34,874 nucleotides of DNA from Mitosporidium daphniae (taxonomy: Eukaryota): assembly GCF_000760515.2 (NCBI RefSeq), contig NW_013546323.1:1-34874 (forward strand), written 5' to 3'. Positions within the stretch are counted from its first letter, which is position 1; each line of letters opens with the position of its first letter. The translations under genes were made by a program, and so were the position numbers. Shown here in pieces: positions 17,912 to 33,073 of this stretch. A model generated the notes under the pieces. The model did no database searches. It had not been told where the DNA came from and saw only the letters and a list, made by a program, of their open reading frames with translations.

Positions 17912-20900
17912 TTATGCGGTTGGCCCTGTTGGGGTGGAAGTCTTTTCAAGGAGGGCAGTGGAATACGCTTTGAATGCCTGGAGCGCGGAAAAGTAGGTAT
18001 CTTTCTCAGCGGACTGGTTAAAGTATGAAAATGCAGACGAGTTTAGTCCGGGCAATTCTAAAGTCAATCCAAACGCCACGAATACCTGAAATGGTGGAAA
18101 CCGCTACATCGTACAAATTGACACCGTCCAGCGGCGTTTCGTAGTAAAGCTCTTCTTCAAGATCGCTCTCTTCCCATTCCGAATCCTCATGTGCATCGTC
18201 TACGTTCTCTTCTGGGGGCTCCGCTTGCAGCTCCTTTTCCTGGGAAAACTGGGAATGCGCTTCGTCGTCGTCGGACAGCTCCTTATCCTCATACGAATCG
18301 GAATAGTATTCTTCCTCGTTGGAATCATCATCGCCATTTTCTGCATGGTGCTCCAATAAGCGTCTATTTTCCAGGCTTTTTGGGAGCGTTTCGAATGCAT
18401 CCTGGAGCAGGGTAAAGATAAGCGGGAAAATTGGCGAAAGGTCTACATTGCATCGTAAAAGCTGGTTCATGGCAATGACAACAAGTCGTTTGTCGTGGAC
18501 TCTATTGAATGCTGCTTTGCTTGCACAAATGTACGAAAGAATGTCTATCAGGGATGGGAGTGCTGCCGAGTTTGCAGAAAATACGTTCAAAGTCAGCATG
18601 GTGTCGTAGATGATGCAGTTGAGAATCACCTCCATATGATGAACGATGCTGCGTTTGCTCTTGTATTTGCGAAAGTTTTCTAACGAAATGCTAATAAACC
18701 CTGGAATCAACTATGTCAGTAAATGATGAGCATGCTGGCTTGGGTACCTGGTCAATAGATCCTCTGCAGCACAGCAGCATGGACTCCATGATTTGGCATC
18801 CGCAGATGCGATCGTCATCTTCATACTCGGTGCTTTTCATGGCCTTATCGATGATGGAGGTGAACATTGCTTGTATTTGCAGGTTGCTGGAAACCAAAGC
18901 ATGCCCATATGAGATGATGTTGTCGAAGCAAGGAAGCAGATCGCCCAAATATTCGCCCATCGTGCCATTGAGATAGTATTCGTACAACACCGGGAAAACG
19001 GTGGTCCACATTTGCTGAGAAATTGCCTTGCGTGCAAAAGTAACCGAGTCAATCAGCTCTAAAATGTCTTCATACAGATCCGATATTTTGTAACGCAGCA
19101 CATGCGAAATTGGCTCGTAAAAAAAGGCCTCCATTTGCTCGGTTAGCTACAAAATTAAAGGCATACAAAAGCGGTTACGTCTGAATTGGATTTCACCGAA
19201 ACCACAAGGGTGGTTATCGTTTTGAGCAGCCCCATTGCAGTCATCGTTTTGTCGGTAACGATGTTGAATTCTTCGTCGTTCTCATCGATAGAGCCGGTGG
19301 CAGGCGACTCTTCGCTGACCGAAAACGATTGAATGACCTTTGGATGGCTGATGAGACGCATAAGGGTCAAGCAAAGCTGCTGAGTAAGCTGCAGTGAAAA
19401 CGGAGTCAGCTCCACCGAATATAAGGAAACCAACTTTTCAAGCACATAGGAGAGCGAGTCTATATCGCTTTGGTTGGTAAGGTCCAGTAGGTTTTGCACA
19501 ATCGGTGCAAGGTTTGCCGTCATCAGGGGCGTAACCTCTTCAAATTGCAAAAAGATTCCCAACGCCAATGCTGCCTGTATACGTATGGGGAGATTTTCTG
19601 GGGCAACATCGCCAAGGCACCGAAGAATGCCCTGAAAGATTGCCAGCACATTGTCGATTGTAGAGTATCGAAGATCCTCATAGTTTTGAATGACCCAGCA
19701 TGCTCTGGCCCGCAAAAATGGCGAGTCCGAACTCATGTCTGGCAGCACTGCACTCATGATAAGCGACTCTGTTTGCCCTTTAAGCTCGGGAGCAGCCAAG
19801 ATTGTGGATGATATGGTTCCGACCACCATCAGGGCTCCTTCATTTGCACGAACGTTATTATAATAAGGAGATGTCGAGGTAGAAAACCCGACAAAAATTT
19901 CGTTGATGAATTTCAACAACGAAAGGAAAACCGACTTTTTTCTCTTTTTAACCATGGTGCCGAGCAAGTTGGAAGCAGCCCATGAAACGCTTTCCAAGTC
20001 TTCAAAGGGATCCAATCTTTTATGGATGTATTCGTATGGATCTTCGGCCCAGATTCGCTCATCCTCTTCGGTGTAGCACAGTCTTGGAAATATGAATAGC
20101 TTCATGATCGGCTCGATATGCAGCTTAATTCGCTTCCAGAGCTTATTTGAAAGAAGGGCAGAATCCAAATAGTCGCAAATGAGGGTGACCAGTCTTGGGG
20201 GCAAAGATAGTTCTGGCTTGTTTGAGCAAACGCCCTCAATAAGAGACAGAATCACATCCAAAGTGGGGATGGCAAACTTGGACATATAAAGAGACGAAAA
20301 GTGGGAATAAGTTTTGGTGCGAAATTTGTTTTGCTCGTCCAATCCATAACGCGATGACATACGAATGGTGATGTGTAGCGCCCACTTTTTCATGCTGAAG
20401 AATGGACACAGTTCGGTTTGGTCTGGATGGTAAATAGACTCTGTGTTTGGAATGGGCATCAGTAAGATGTGAACGCAAATGCTGATCCATGGATCGATGG
20501 CAGATTCTGCTTGCAGATCTTTAGGCAGCACATACTAAATGTCGGATTAATCAAAGTTGCTAACCTGAAGCGCGCTAAAAAATGTTTTTAAAATGGTTTT
20601 CAACAGCAAAAACGAGCCATCGTCCATGGTGCTGCCAAGTGTCTTTGAAACGACATTCAGCAGCAATGGGAAGCCCGTAAGGAAAATGGGATGATTCTGC
20701 GACTTTGACGACGTATTTTCGGCATCAATCGCAACACGCAGGACATCAATGATGCCCATCAGGTAATGCAAATCCGACACCGATTGCAATGAATGGAAAA
20801 GCTGCGGCAACAGCTCTGGCCATGAGGTCAAGAAATCTTCCTGGATCAATTTGGAAAAACACGGGAGAAGAAGCTTTCTATGGTTGGAGCTGCATGAAAC

Positions 20901-21240
20901 GTAAGCCTGCGTGATATTGGCTCTAATGTATTGGACTTCACTCGCGCTAAGCGAACACGCAACATCGGGCTTCTTCTCTTGATACGCCGGATACGATGGA
21001 AATGCCTTGATGATGGCATTTTTAAAGAAGATCAACCCTACAATAAAATTAACGTGCATTACCAGCTTGTTTGGCGGTCAAGTTAATGTTTGGAGAGATG
21101 GCCAAACCCAGAAGCACAGAAAGGAATCCATCGTGATGCGAGTATTCCTGCAGTTTTTTCTCCGCCTCCTTTCGAACATCCTGAGCGGCCGAAAGCGAAT
21201 TTAATAAAAGATTGTGGATATGGGTTGAATGTTCATCCAT
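17912..21240 (-). CDS. Importin-7/8 family karyopherin (Nmd5/Sxm1-like), 6 exons
   Basis: Importin-beta N-terminus (VRKEAEKKL...QA|GLIFFKN), MKKWA, WAEDPYEYI, PFLRARACW and an acidic C-terminal loop; five 25-37 nt introns join the ORFs in frame to TAA 17912-17914. Confidence 0.9.
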
Positions 21241-21312
21241 CGCAAAAAACAAAAATTTAAGCCAAGCTGCACATTTAAATTAAACCCGTTCGAATTTAAT
21301 TTACCGTTGAAA

Positions 21313-24300
21313 ATGGCGTTTTTCCACAATCTAACGCTATATGAGGGACATTCGGTATATCACGCGCTAAGTTCAAATGTAATTTCCAGCCACAAAAAGA
21401 GCCTAATTTTAAAGTACCCCTTTGTTGTAATGCCATAGCACCGGACAGCGACTTGACATGTACAGCATCGATGCCGAAGGCTGTGAAACACGGTTTTTCA
21501 AGTCGTTCCCGATCAACGGGAAGATCATCGCACTTGCTATGTCTTCGTTAAAGGTTTTTATCGCATTTGATGGTAGGGCCATTTGCTTCCTTTCGTCTTG
21601 CTGGTCACAAAGAAACTGCAGTTTTGTGTTTTGCAGTGGGATAGCAGCTCATACAATCTTCGGTGTGTCTTCAGTGCGTCTTTGAAGAGTGATATTGGAA
21701 AGCTTCTCAAAGAAAATGCCAGGCTTGTGGTCGAAAATAACGGCCACTTTGCGTGTGTATATTGCATTTCAGGTCTTTTGAAAGTAATTCCTCTTGACAA
21801 TATATTCAACTGCCCAACAAAGGAGATCTTTTCCGTAAGGTATGCGCGCAAATACACCGCTCTTACCATCAGATTTGACGACCTCGTTATAAAGGACTTT
21901 ATTGTACTATCCAAGCCGGCTCTTTTATGCTATCAAATTTCGGCATTGGTTCAGGAAAACTCCGAATCCAAATCGATCAAGCTATTCCAGTTGAATTTGA
22001 AGGCAAAAACAATGGAACGCATGCAGAGCATCCCGGCTTTAAAGGTGCCGCTTGAAAGTCAAAGGATACTTGTAGATGGTATTTGGGCTTTGGTTTTACG
22101 TTTTAGACTTGCAATGTGATTCGTTTGTCATCATTGGGTCCAACTCCATAAGCTATTGTAAAGTTACCCCGAATTCCGTTTTAATCCACGCTAGCCGGGC
22201 ATTTTCTTTTGGCGAAATCATAGAGTTACACTGTAACATCGCTTACCATAGTGCCCATTTCTTCCCCAAACACGAAGAAAAGTTTCAATTCCGAAGACTC
22301 GTCATGTTAAACAGCCTTGGTATTCTCTTTATGTGCTTTCTTTATCCAATGCAAGATGCCGGTCAGGCATTTAAAATTGACGTTGAGGTTTTAGGACATG
22401 TATGGTTCCCCTTTGGATTACTTACGTTTAGACCATTTTGGCAAGCTGTTTTACCTTCATAGACTTTGATAAACTTTTCTTGGGATCCTCGTTTGGAGAT
22501 TCCATCTGCATTCGATTGTCGGAAGAGCCGATTATGCAGCCAAGAATCCCATCCATATTGGATTCACCTGCCCATGATTGCTCTTCGTCTGTTGATAGGC
22601 TATTTTTTAAGGAGATTTCTAAAATTACAAACACAGGACCGATACTTGATTTTACGCTATCAGACATGGATACAAAGAGCTCTTGCACAAGTAGCAGCAA
22701 ACAAATAATTGCATGCTGCGGGGCATTTACCGAATCGCGTTTAAAGCTAATTCGAAGCGATCTTTCGACCCAAGTATCATTGGGGGCACTTTTTAATGAC
22801 TGGACTTCGGTTTTGTTTGAAAAAATATGGCAATTTCCGCAGCATTCCCTGTGCGTCTTGTCGACCCATTTTCAAACGGTATTTTTGAACCAAACCGGGG
22901 ACTCATTTAAAGACATTTCACGCTCTTTTTCTGACGTGAACTCGCCCTCATTGCTAGTTTCTCCTCTAAATAACAACAGAGATATTTATATCAGAGTCAC
23001 CCCCACGCGTGTAATAATTTTTAAAGTGGGTATGAACACGGAAGGTGTCGATAATACAGGGGACATACATATTGATGATCTCGCCTCTTCTTCTGCGTTT
23101 CTTTCGTACAATCCTCTTATTGAGGTGTCTTTTTGCTCGCTGCTGTATGATGTTTTGGTTTGTGTTTTTATCGACTCGTGTAAAGGCCAATCGATCTTTT
23201 GTTTTTACAAAATCTCCCCAGATTACTCCCTTATAAATATACAGGAAATTCCCGTTTCTGGGCAAGTGTTTGCCTTTTCGGTTCTTGCTACCAAGAATCT
23301 AATGTCTTTATCTCCTCACAGTGGAATTTTGGTGTATTCAACTTGGGAATTTCCGAGCGATTTTGTTGTTGCGGCCATCAAAGAGGAGCAATCAACAAAG
23401 CTGATTGAGATTTGCAGATACACATTATCTGATCAGGGCAATAATGTCATTCAACGCTCCGGTTGTTCTGGTCAAAATGGGGCGTATGAAATGCCTTTGC
23501 TCATTTCCTCTCTCCAATTGGCTTCTTTTGTTAATGCATCATCGGATACTCCATATGCTATTTTTCTGAACATTGGAACAGGGGATGGTCAACTATTCGT
23601 ATTTTCGGTCTCGCTGGCCCTTTCCTCAGATGTGCAGGAAATCTCCATATTATTTGAAAAGAAAATTGGATTGGGAAACAAACCGGTTCAATTTTCTTCA
23701 GTGACCACTGGAAACATGCCCACAACCTTTTTGTTTGCATGGGGCGACTTTTCGGTAATTCTGTTTTGTTCTTCTTCGATTTTACGGCATGTGTTTCTTT
23801 CTAGCGTGTCGAGCCCCGGTACCGTTGAATTTAATACGATTTCCTTGTTTTCTAACACCAACGTTGACGTTTTCTGTCGCCCATCAATGATGGCCATTTC
23901 CAAAGTCGGGCTTCAAAGCGATCACGTTCTTTTGATGTTTAGTTTTGATGAAATTGTTACTCAACACATGCAAATAAAATCGTTTCCCTTGATATCGAGT
24001 AAGAGCTGGGAAATGCCTATCCGAATTTGCTACTGTGAGCTTTCCAACATTTATGCGGTTATCACGTTATCCTTTGAAGGCCGGTGTTTAAGCAATTCGA
24101 AAAACGGCCACTCATATTTGAGGCTATTCGATGCAAGCTCCATGAGGGTACTTAATTCCTATCCTTTTCTGGATGGTGTTCAAGCTACTTGTCTCGATGT
24201 CGTCGATTCCTTTCTTATCGTCGGATGCTCCATATCTCCTAAAGATGGGCTGCTTCCGCAAAATGGCGAAGATGCATCCTCTTTTTTCGAGGGATCTATA

Positions 24301-25294
24301 TTTGTATTTAATGTGCATGCTCAAATGGCATCTTGTTCGCTTTCCCCTATATTTGAGCATAAAATCCCAAACAATTCCAAAGGGGATGGCGGTCCGCTGT
24401 ATTCGCTGGCCCACTATAAAAAATTCATCTTTGCTGGCGTTCAAGCACAAATCTTGGCATTCAGATTTGACAACTGCACCATGCCGCAACGATTGGTCCC
24501 GGCAGGCCAAAAGTACGCCCAAATTCTGCCCATGTATCTGACGGTGAGCGATAATGAATTGATTGTCGGCGATGTGATGAAGTCGATTTCAATCTCACGA
24601 ATCGCCGTTTGTAGTGAAGAAAAATCCAAATACGAAGGGGAGTTTTTGATGTTCGAAGAGCTCGGTAAGGAATACGCTACACNGTGGATGACATCGCAAG
24701 CCGTATTTTCGTGTTGTGATTCAAAAACGTATGTCGGATGTGATGGAGAGGGTGTGCTTTTCTTTCTTGAAAGACCTGCAAATGCATCTAACATTGTGGA
24801 TGAAAAGGCTCTTAAAAAAGTCGCCTCGTTCTACATCGGCGATACGGTCAACCAATTTCGACGAGGAAGCATATCCTTGCAATCTAGCCTTGATAAGGAA
24901 TCGGACTTTGGTTTGTTCATATTGATTGACCGTTAGAAACGTATGTTTATTCAACGACCGGCGGAAGGCTTTGCCTATTGACGTCCATCCCGGCTCAAGA
25001 CCACCAGGCACTGTGGAGGGTCCAGACCGTTGCAAAGAACCACATCCAGACGTTGGGAAATCTCGACCATGATTTGTATGTTTTTTTCCTAATTTCAGAT
25101 GGAGATACGGGGAAGCTCCCAACCGCGACTTGGGTGCATTGGTTATTGACGGGGACTTGGTTAGATGCGTCAATGAATTGCCAAAAGACTCCGCCATACT
25201 AAACAACATTACTAGCGATCTTTTAGCCACCGGCCTATTTGATTCCAAAAAGCGATTATACAATTTACTAGAAAAGTATTCAACGCTTCTTTAA
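21313..25294 (+). CDS. DDB1: DNA damage-binding protein 1 (DDB1, CPSF-A family triple beta-propeller)
   Basis: FLGSSFGDS, NTGPILDF, IIACCGAFTESRLKLIRS, IGTGDGQL, LIVGDVMKSI, WMTS, FYIGDTVNQFRRGS and IDGDLV; about 8 short introns; one ambiguous base (n) at 24683. Confidence 0.88.
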
Positions 25295-25328
25295 TTTTTA
25301 ATAAATCGAAGATTTGTATTCATGAGAC

Positions 25329-27151
25329 CTATTGGCCGGGCGCATAGAACATTCCTGAAAAGGCCTCCACCTGAGCACGGAGATCCTAGTAAAATTGAAC
25401 CAAATAAAACGGTACTTTGATTTGTTGCGATTTTTCGGCTTCATGTGAAAACTCTTTGGGATCAACACAAGCGGCCTATAAACACACAGGTAAAACGAGC
25501 GACCTCACTTGGATTGACAAAGAAACCTGAATGGCACGATGGAGTATGGAGGCAACCTGCTCAATGTCGTTGTTATTAAAGCCGCGCGATGTTATAGCTG
25601 CAGTGCCGAGCCGAACACCGCCAGGATTGATGGCACTGGTATCCCCCAGAACAATGTTCTTATTGATTGAAATTCTAAAATTAGCTGTGCAAAGCAAGAA
25701 AATACCCGATGAGTTCGCAAATTCTTTCATATTTAGAGCCGTTAAGACCAAGCGGACGTAGATCCCACAATAAAAGGTGGTTGTCAGTGCCGCCTGTTTG
25801 GATCTTATATCCAAAGGCTTTCAAATGATCACACAGCGCAGAGCAGTTGCGCTTCAGCTGAATGCAATATTGCTTAAACTCGGCAGAGTTTGCTTGCTTT
25901 AGTGCAACTGCAACGGCTGCAATGGCATTGTTGTGGGGGCCGCCCTAAATAAATTTGACACCCAAAGCTTACTTGGCACCCTGGGAATACAGCCTGATTG
26001 ACTCGGGCCTCAAGGTCCGTTTGAGCCCCTGTTGAATGATGTTTCTTTCTATAAAAGATCAGGGCGGCTCTGGGTCCACGGAGGGTCTATTGATGGGCAT
26101 AAATGACACACAAATACCTTGTGTGTTGTTGTAGTCACAATGTCGCAATATTTAAATGGATCCTCTGCTTCCTAACAACAAAAAGGCGGCGTATGTACTT
26201 TCGCAGCTATAAGCCCGCTTATGTGGGCAACATCGGCCATAAAATATGCACCCACTTCATCCGCAATCTAAAAAACATTAATGGATATGGCGCTACTTGT
26301 TTGAACGACAAATAGTCCAATTCTCTTGGATATGCGCTTGCTCCGCATATGATGAGCTTGGGCAAAAACAACTTGGCCGAAGATCTCAGGGAAACATAAT
26401 CAATAAGCCCAGTATTCTAAAATTGGTACGGAATCATTCAAACCTCGTCTATTCGATAGGGAAGCGATTCAAAATAGATTGAGGTCGCAGAGACTTTTCT
26501 TTTAGCAGTACGATAGCCGTGGGTTAAACTAAGAAATCAGCGAAAAAAAGTACTGTCCTCCAGAGGGCAAATCCAATCCCATTATGCGGTCATGGGGCGC
26601 AAGTAGTGCGGTATAGGCAGCAAAATTAGCGGTGCTGCCAGAATATGGCTGCACATTAACACCCCACTCTTCAGGATCAAGCGAGAAGGCCGTCAGTGCT
26701 CTTTCCTGGCACAAGCGTTCGACACGATCAATAACTTCATTGCCACCATAATACCTGGCCCCAGGCAATCCTACTGTTTTAGGGCTTTGATCGAATACCT
26801 TCCGAATATTTGTTGGTCAGCACTGACCCCAAGGCGTCCAAAACAGCTTGGCTAGTGTAGTTCTAAAAATAAAACGCCATCAGGGACCTCTGAGGCTATC
26901 AACTCGATCCCATGCCGCTGTCTATATTTTTCTTCCTCAATGAGAGAAAAAATCTCGGGATCGGCCTGCTGAAGCGGCAATGAAAGAAGAATGGAAGGTT
27001 CGGATGATTGGACTTTTCTCGAAAAACAGGATGTTTCATCAGAAGTAACATTAGCACTCGAAAGCATTTTATTTGGATGATGGCGGAACAGTGCACGAGA
27101 CGTAGTTCTCAACGAGGCTATGCCAAAAAAATTTATTTTGAGACAACACAT
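25329..27151 (-). CDS. SHMT: Serine hydroxymethyltransferase, 12 exons; alternative ATGs at 27151 and 27067
   Basis: [49 protein letters not shown]-lysine VTTTTHK|TLRGPR, GGPHN, GGTDNH and GVRLGT; 11 GT-AG introns of about 24-35 nt. Confidence 0.96.
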
Positions 27152-27215
27152 GCACTGATTAGTCAAGTGCAATGTAACGGCTTAAAATCGATTCTCAAAT
27201 TTAAATCGATTTGTT

Positions 27216-29807
<2,592 letters not shown>

Positions 29808-30082
29808 AATAAATTTAATGGTTTAACCCGAATTACACGATCACCACGGGCGGATCTATCTCCTCAAACATTGTTATAAAGGAAAAAACATTCACCTCCA
29901 AGTCAGAACAGAATGACAATGGATATGCGAGCAAATCATCGACTGCACGCCGGTCAAGTTGATGCTCTTTGAGCTCTATACATTTCTTGTAAAAAGCTGG
30001 CGCTTCCAATATTTTTTGGCCCCCAGAAAGAAAGAAGAAAAAAACAATCTTTTCAGAGGCCCATGACCAATATATCTAAGGC

Positions 30083-30529
30083 TCATTTGAAAGCTGAAAA
30101 TACCTGCTCATTGGAAAGCCTTTTCCGGCATTCGGAACTTGAAATATTGTAGCCATGCTTCCACAACTTGTTCCATCTATAATCGATAAGAGCCTCGAAT
30201 ATTTCCGACAACAAACCGGGAATCCGATCCATAAGTTCGTCTGGCAAAAGGCTCTCGATGATGGTTTTCGAAATGGCCTGAAAGCTTGAAAGTTCTATCA
30301 ATGCTTTAAAAGAGACCATATCCTTTGGAGGTGAAGGGTATTTTTCCAATATTAAGGGCAACAGATCCTTTTGCCATTCCTCATCAAGGTACTTGTTAAT
30401 CGAGCGATCTTTGCCAGCAGTCTTTTTTGTTGATTTTGACTTTTTTTCTGCACTGTTTTTGGCATCAGTGCTTTTTGGCGATCTCTTCCGGGAATCGTTT
30501 TTGGTAGCCGAATTTCGAGCGATCGCCAT
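30083..30529 (-). CDS. Hypothetical protein with Lys-rich N-terminus; this ORF is probably exon 1 of a spliced gene extending towards about 29830-29980
   Basis: 148-codon ORF from ATG 30529 with an intron-like end (GAGCAG|gtattttc...cttag). Downstream exon structure is unresolved. Confidence 0.55.
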   Translation of the reverse strand: MAIARNSATKNDSRKRSPKSTDAKNSAEKKSKSTKKTAGKDRSINKYLDEEWQKDLLPLILEKYPSPPKDMVSFKALIELSSFQAISKTIIESLLPDELMDRIPGLLSEIFEALIDYRWNKLWKHGYNISSSECRKRLSNEQVFSAFK

Positions 30530-30816
30530 TTTCTTAAAATTAAGTCTTCCGATGCGTAAATGTATTGGTGTAATGTGACCTTATTACAACTTTAATAGCA
30601 ACATCTACAGAATTGGCCATCATTGGTAAAGGCTTTTAAAAAGAAAAGTAGAAACCTCCTTTTTAGCAGACCAGCATTAGGAAGCGAACAATATTCCAGC
30701 TCGCAAAGCTGTATACTTGTCAACCCACTTGGGGCTTCATAACTTGGTGGTCAAAATTGGCCCACTTGCCCAAATTAAGTTGGCGTTCAATTTAGAATCT
30801 TTTTATTTAGATTCCC

Positions 30817-31215
30817 ATGCTCCATCCTTCCTCCACTTTGATCGGCACTTTCTTTCAATCTTTCATTAGTCTCCGATTTGCCACAAATATGACAAAAGCC
30901 AACACGTCTCGAAATACGAAAGGGTCGCCGGGTCAGCGACTTGGATTAAAGAAATTCGCCAATGAAAAGACCAAAATCGGCCAGATTATTGCCAGACAAC
31001 GGGGCACAAAATGGCACCCAGGGGAAAATGTATTTTCTTACCTTGTTTATGTGTAGGTGGGTCTTGGTAGGGATCATACCATATTCGCACTTGCCAATGG
31101 AAAGGTAGAGTTTTCAAAGGACAAGTCCAGAAATCGAACGTACATTCATGTCAGGCCGCTATTCACCCCTGGGCCCCGAGATTTTTTGCTTAGCCCAGTT
31201 GCTGTTGATCCCTAA
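30817..31215 (+). CDS. MRP7: Mitochondrial ribosomal protein bL27m
   Basis: RFAT...[17 protein letters not shown]...[36 protein letters not shown]; 27-nt intron 31030-31056. Confidence 0.92.
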
Positions 31216-31337
31216 GCCTCCCTTATAACCGTTCTAAAGTGGCCAAATTATCCCAATTTGTCGGTACTATTGTCATAAAGCGGCATTTAATTAGGTATTT
31301 TAAATTTTAATTCGATCATCCACCTTTGGGAAGTAGA

Positions 31338-32342
31338 TTACATCTCCACATTCAGGGAGCATCCCAGCTTACGAGAACTGAGGTCATTGGGTGCAAGAGA
31401 ATCAAATGCAGCGGCAAGTGTCAACGAAACGCGTTGACTGAGACGAGAGGTGTAAGAGAGGGCGGCCTTTCCGGTATGGTCCATTTTTGCCTAGAATAAG
31501 TGATCCGCCCAATTGGTACCTTTAAAAAGGCCTGCTTTTCCACGGGAATCCTGCATCCAAATTCCAATAATGAAGAAGACAGTGCTTTTGCATGTGTCAC
31601 TTTACATCCAACTTCTGTACCGGACGGAAACTTTTGATATAATGTGGTCATAATCGAGGAGCCGCCATTGATAGCATGAAGTGTGGCCTTATAATTTGGA
31701 TAATCAACTCCAATTGCAAAAGAATGGCTATCAATCATTGCTTTGGTGTTATCAAAAGAAACAAAGGAGCCAATTACAAAATCACGGTATTTAAAGGAAA
31801 CGCTGTTAGAACACAGAGGGCCTTTGGCCAAATCAACAGCAAGCGTGGAATGGAGAAGTGCCTTGCAATTAAAGGCGGTGGCATACGTCAGGCCCATCTT
31901 GGTTTGCAATGAACTAGGCGGAAAGTAGAAGGAAGGCTACCCATCTTTTAAAAATAGCCCTGTGGCATTAAGAGAAAGCCCCTTGAAGTAGGGATCCTTC
32001 AATTCGATCACCTCTTCAAGGGCCCCCTGAGAGGTAAATTTTGTTTGGCTTTCTAAACATTAAACACGAATATGCTGGCACCCAAAATAATATAAGAGTG
32101 TTCTTAATGTCTCCATTTATAATATTTTTGCTCAGGTCATTCGTTGCATTTACGCATATTTGTGAGGTGGAACCCTGGGTCTAGACATTATACAGATCAA
32201 AGGTAAACCGATGTCTCTGTTCCATTGACTTCAAGCGTCAGCACATCAGATGGGTAGTTCTTGGACAAAATGTCCAGCGCACTTTTCCCAATGTCGGCAT
32301 ATTTAATTGAGCCTAAAATCAAATCGCGATGAACGTACTCAT
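31338..32342 (-). CDS. POR1: Mitochondrial outer-membrane porin (VDAC), 6 exons, first coding exon only 4 nt (ATGA)
   Basis: MS|SIKYADIGKSALDILSKNYP N-terminal helix, DLAKGP, LEFGC, LK|AKMDHTG and terminal RKLGCSLNVEM*. One junction (about 32049-32081) is ambiguous. Confidence 0.88.
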
Positions 32343-32419
32343 TTGTAGTGCGGATAAGCAATAAAATTAACCCTACTGATCAAGTTTTTAAATTTTCGAC
32401 ACTTAAATTGGAATCTTTT

Positions 32420-32998
32420 ATGACAGCTAGGTCAAATGAGCTTCTTTCTTGGAGTTTGGCGGAAAGGGCCTTTTGTGCCGAAAATATTTTGGTAACTGTG
32501 TCGCCAAACTTTTCGTTTGGCATTTTGTCGCTGATGTGCGGTGATTTTGGCCCGTTCATTCCCTCCAAATTCATCAAAGTCCCTTTATGGGTGGCCATTA
32601 GTCTGAAAAAGAGCTTTCATTGCAAGATAATTTGTCCGGAGTGGATGGAGATGGAAGCTCTTGAACAGTGCTTGAAAGACGAAAAGGAATTTGAGGATAC
32701 ATTTTACTCGCTTCCGTTTTATTGGCAGGAAATATCATCCTCAATACTCTCTTGTGCTCCGAATGATTTGAACGATTTTGAGCAAACCAGGGAGTTACTG
32801 CAGCAAATAAAAGAAGCGCGTTCCAAAAAACTCGATGCCGGTCTAAAGGAAATGGACTCTCGCCCATTATCCCTGAAAAATATTGGGTGCACTGAGCTCA
32901 ATCGAATAAAGCCCTATTTAATTGCAACTGCAAACCAGCTTACGCAATTTTCACAGGGGCTTCAAGCAGCTCAACATGCGAGGTCGCCGTCTACATGA
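32420..32998 (+). CDS. PSF2: GINS complex subunit Psf2
   Basis: FCAENILVTVSPNF...GDFGPFIP...VPLWVAISLKK...CKIICPEWM, LPFYWQEI, ARSKKL and ELNRIKP. Confidence 0.94.
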   Translation: MTARSNELLSWSLAERAFCAENILVTVSPNFSFGILSLMCGDFGPFIPSKFIKVPLWVAISLKKSFHCKIICPEWMEMEALEQCLKDEKEFEDTFYSLPFYWQEISSSILSCAPNDLNDFEQTRELLQQIKEARSKKLDAGLKEMDSRPLSLKNIGCTELNRIKPYLIATANQLTQFSQGLQAAQHARSPST

Positions 32999-33073
32999 CA
33001 TATTTTACACCTCAGAATTGTAAATTAAAATTTAAATTTAAATATTTGCACGCATTTTTTAATTCTCCCCCCA

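Noticed and set aside
24683..24683. Ambiguous base n in DDB1
   Set aside because: Sequencing ambiguity; the reading frame is maintained.
13786..27172. Fragmented ORFs as pseudogenes or an alternative genetic code
   Set aside because: The breaks examined are bridged in frame by short GT-AG introns, and long intronless genes translate normally with the standard code.
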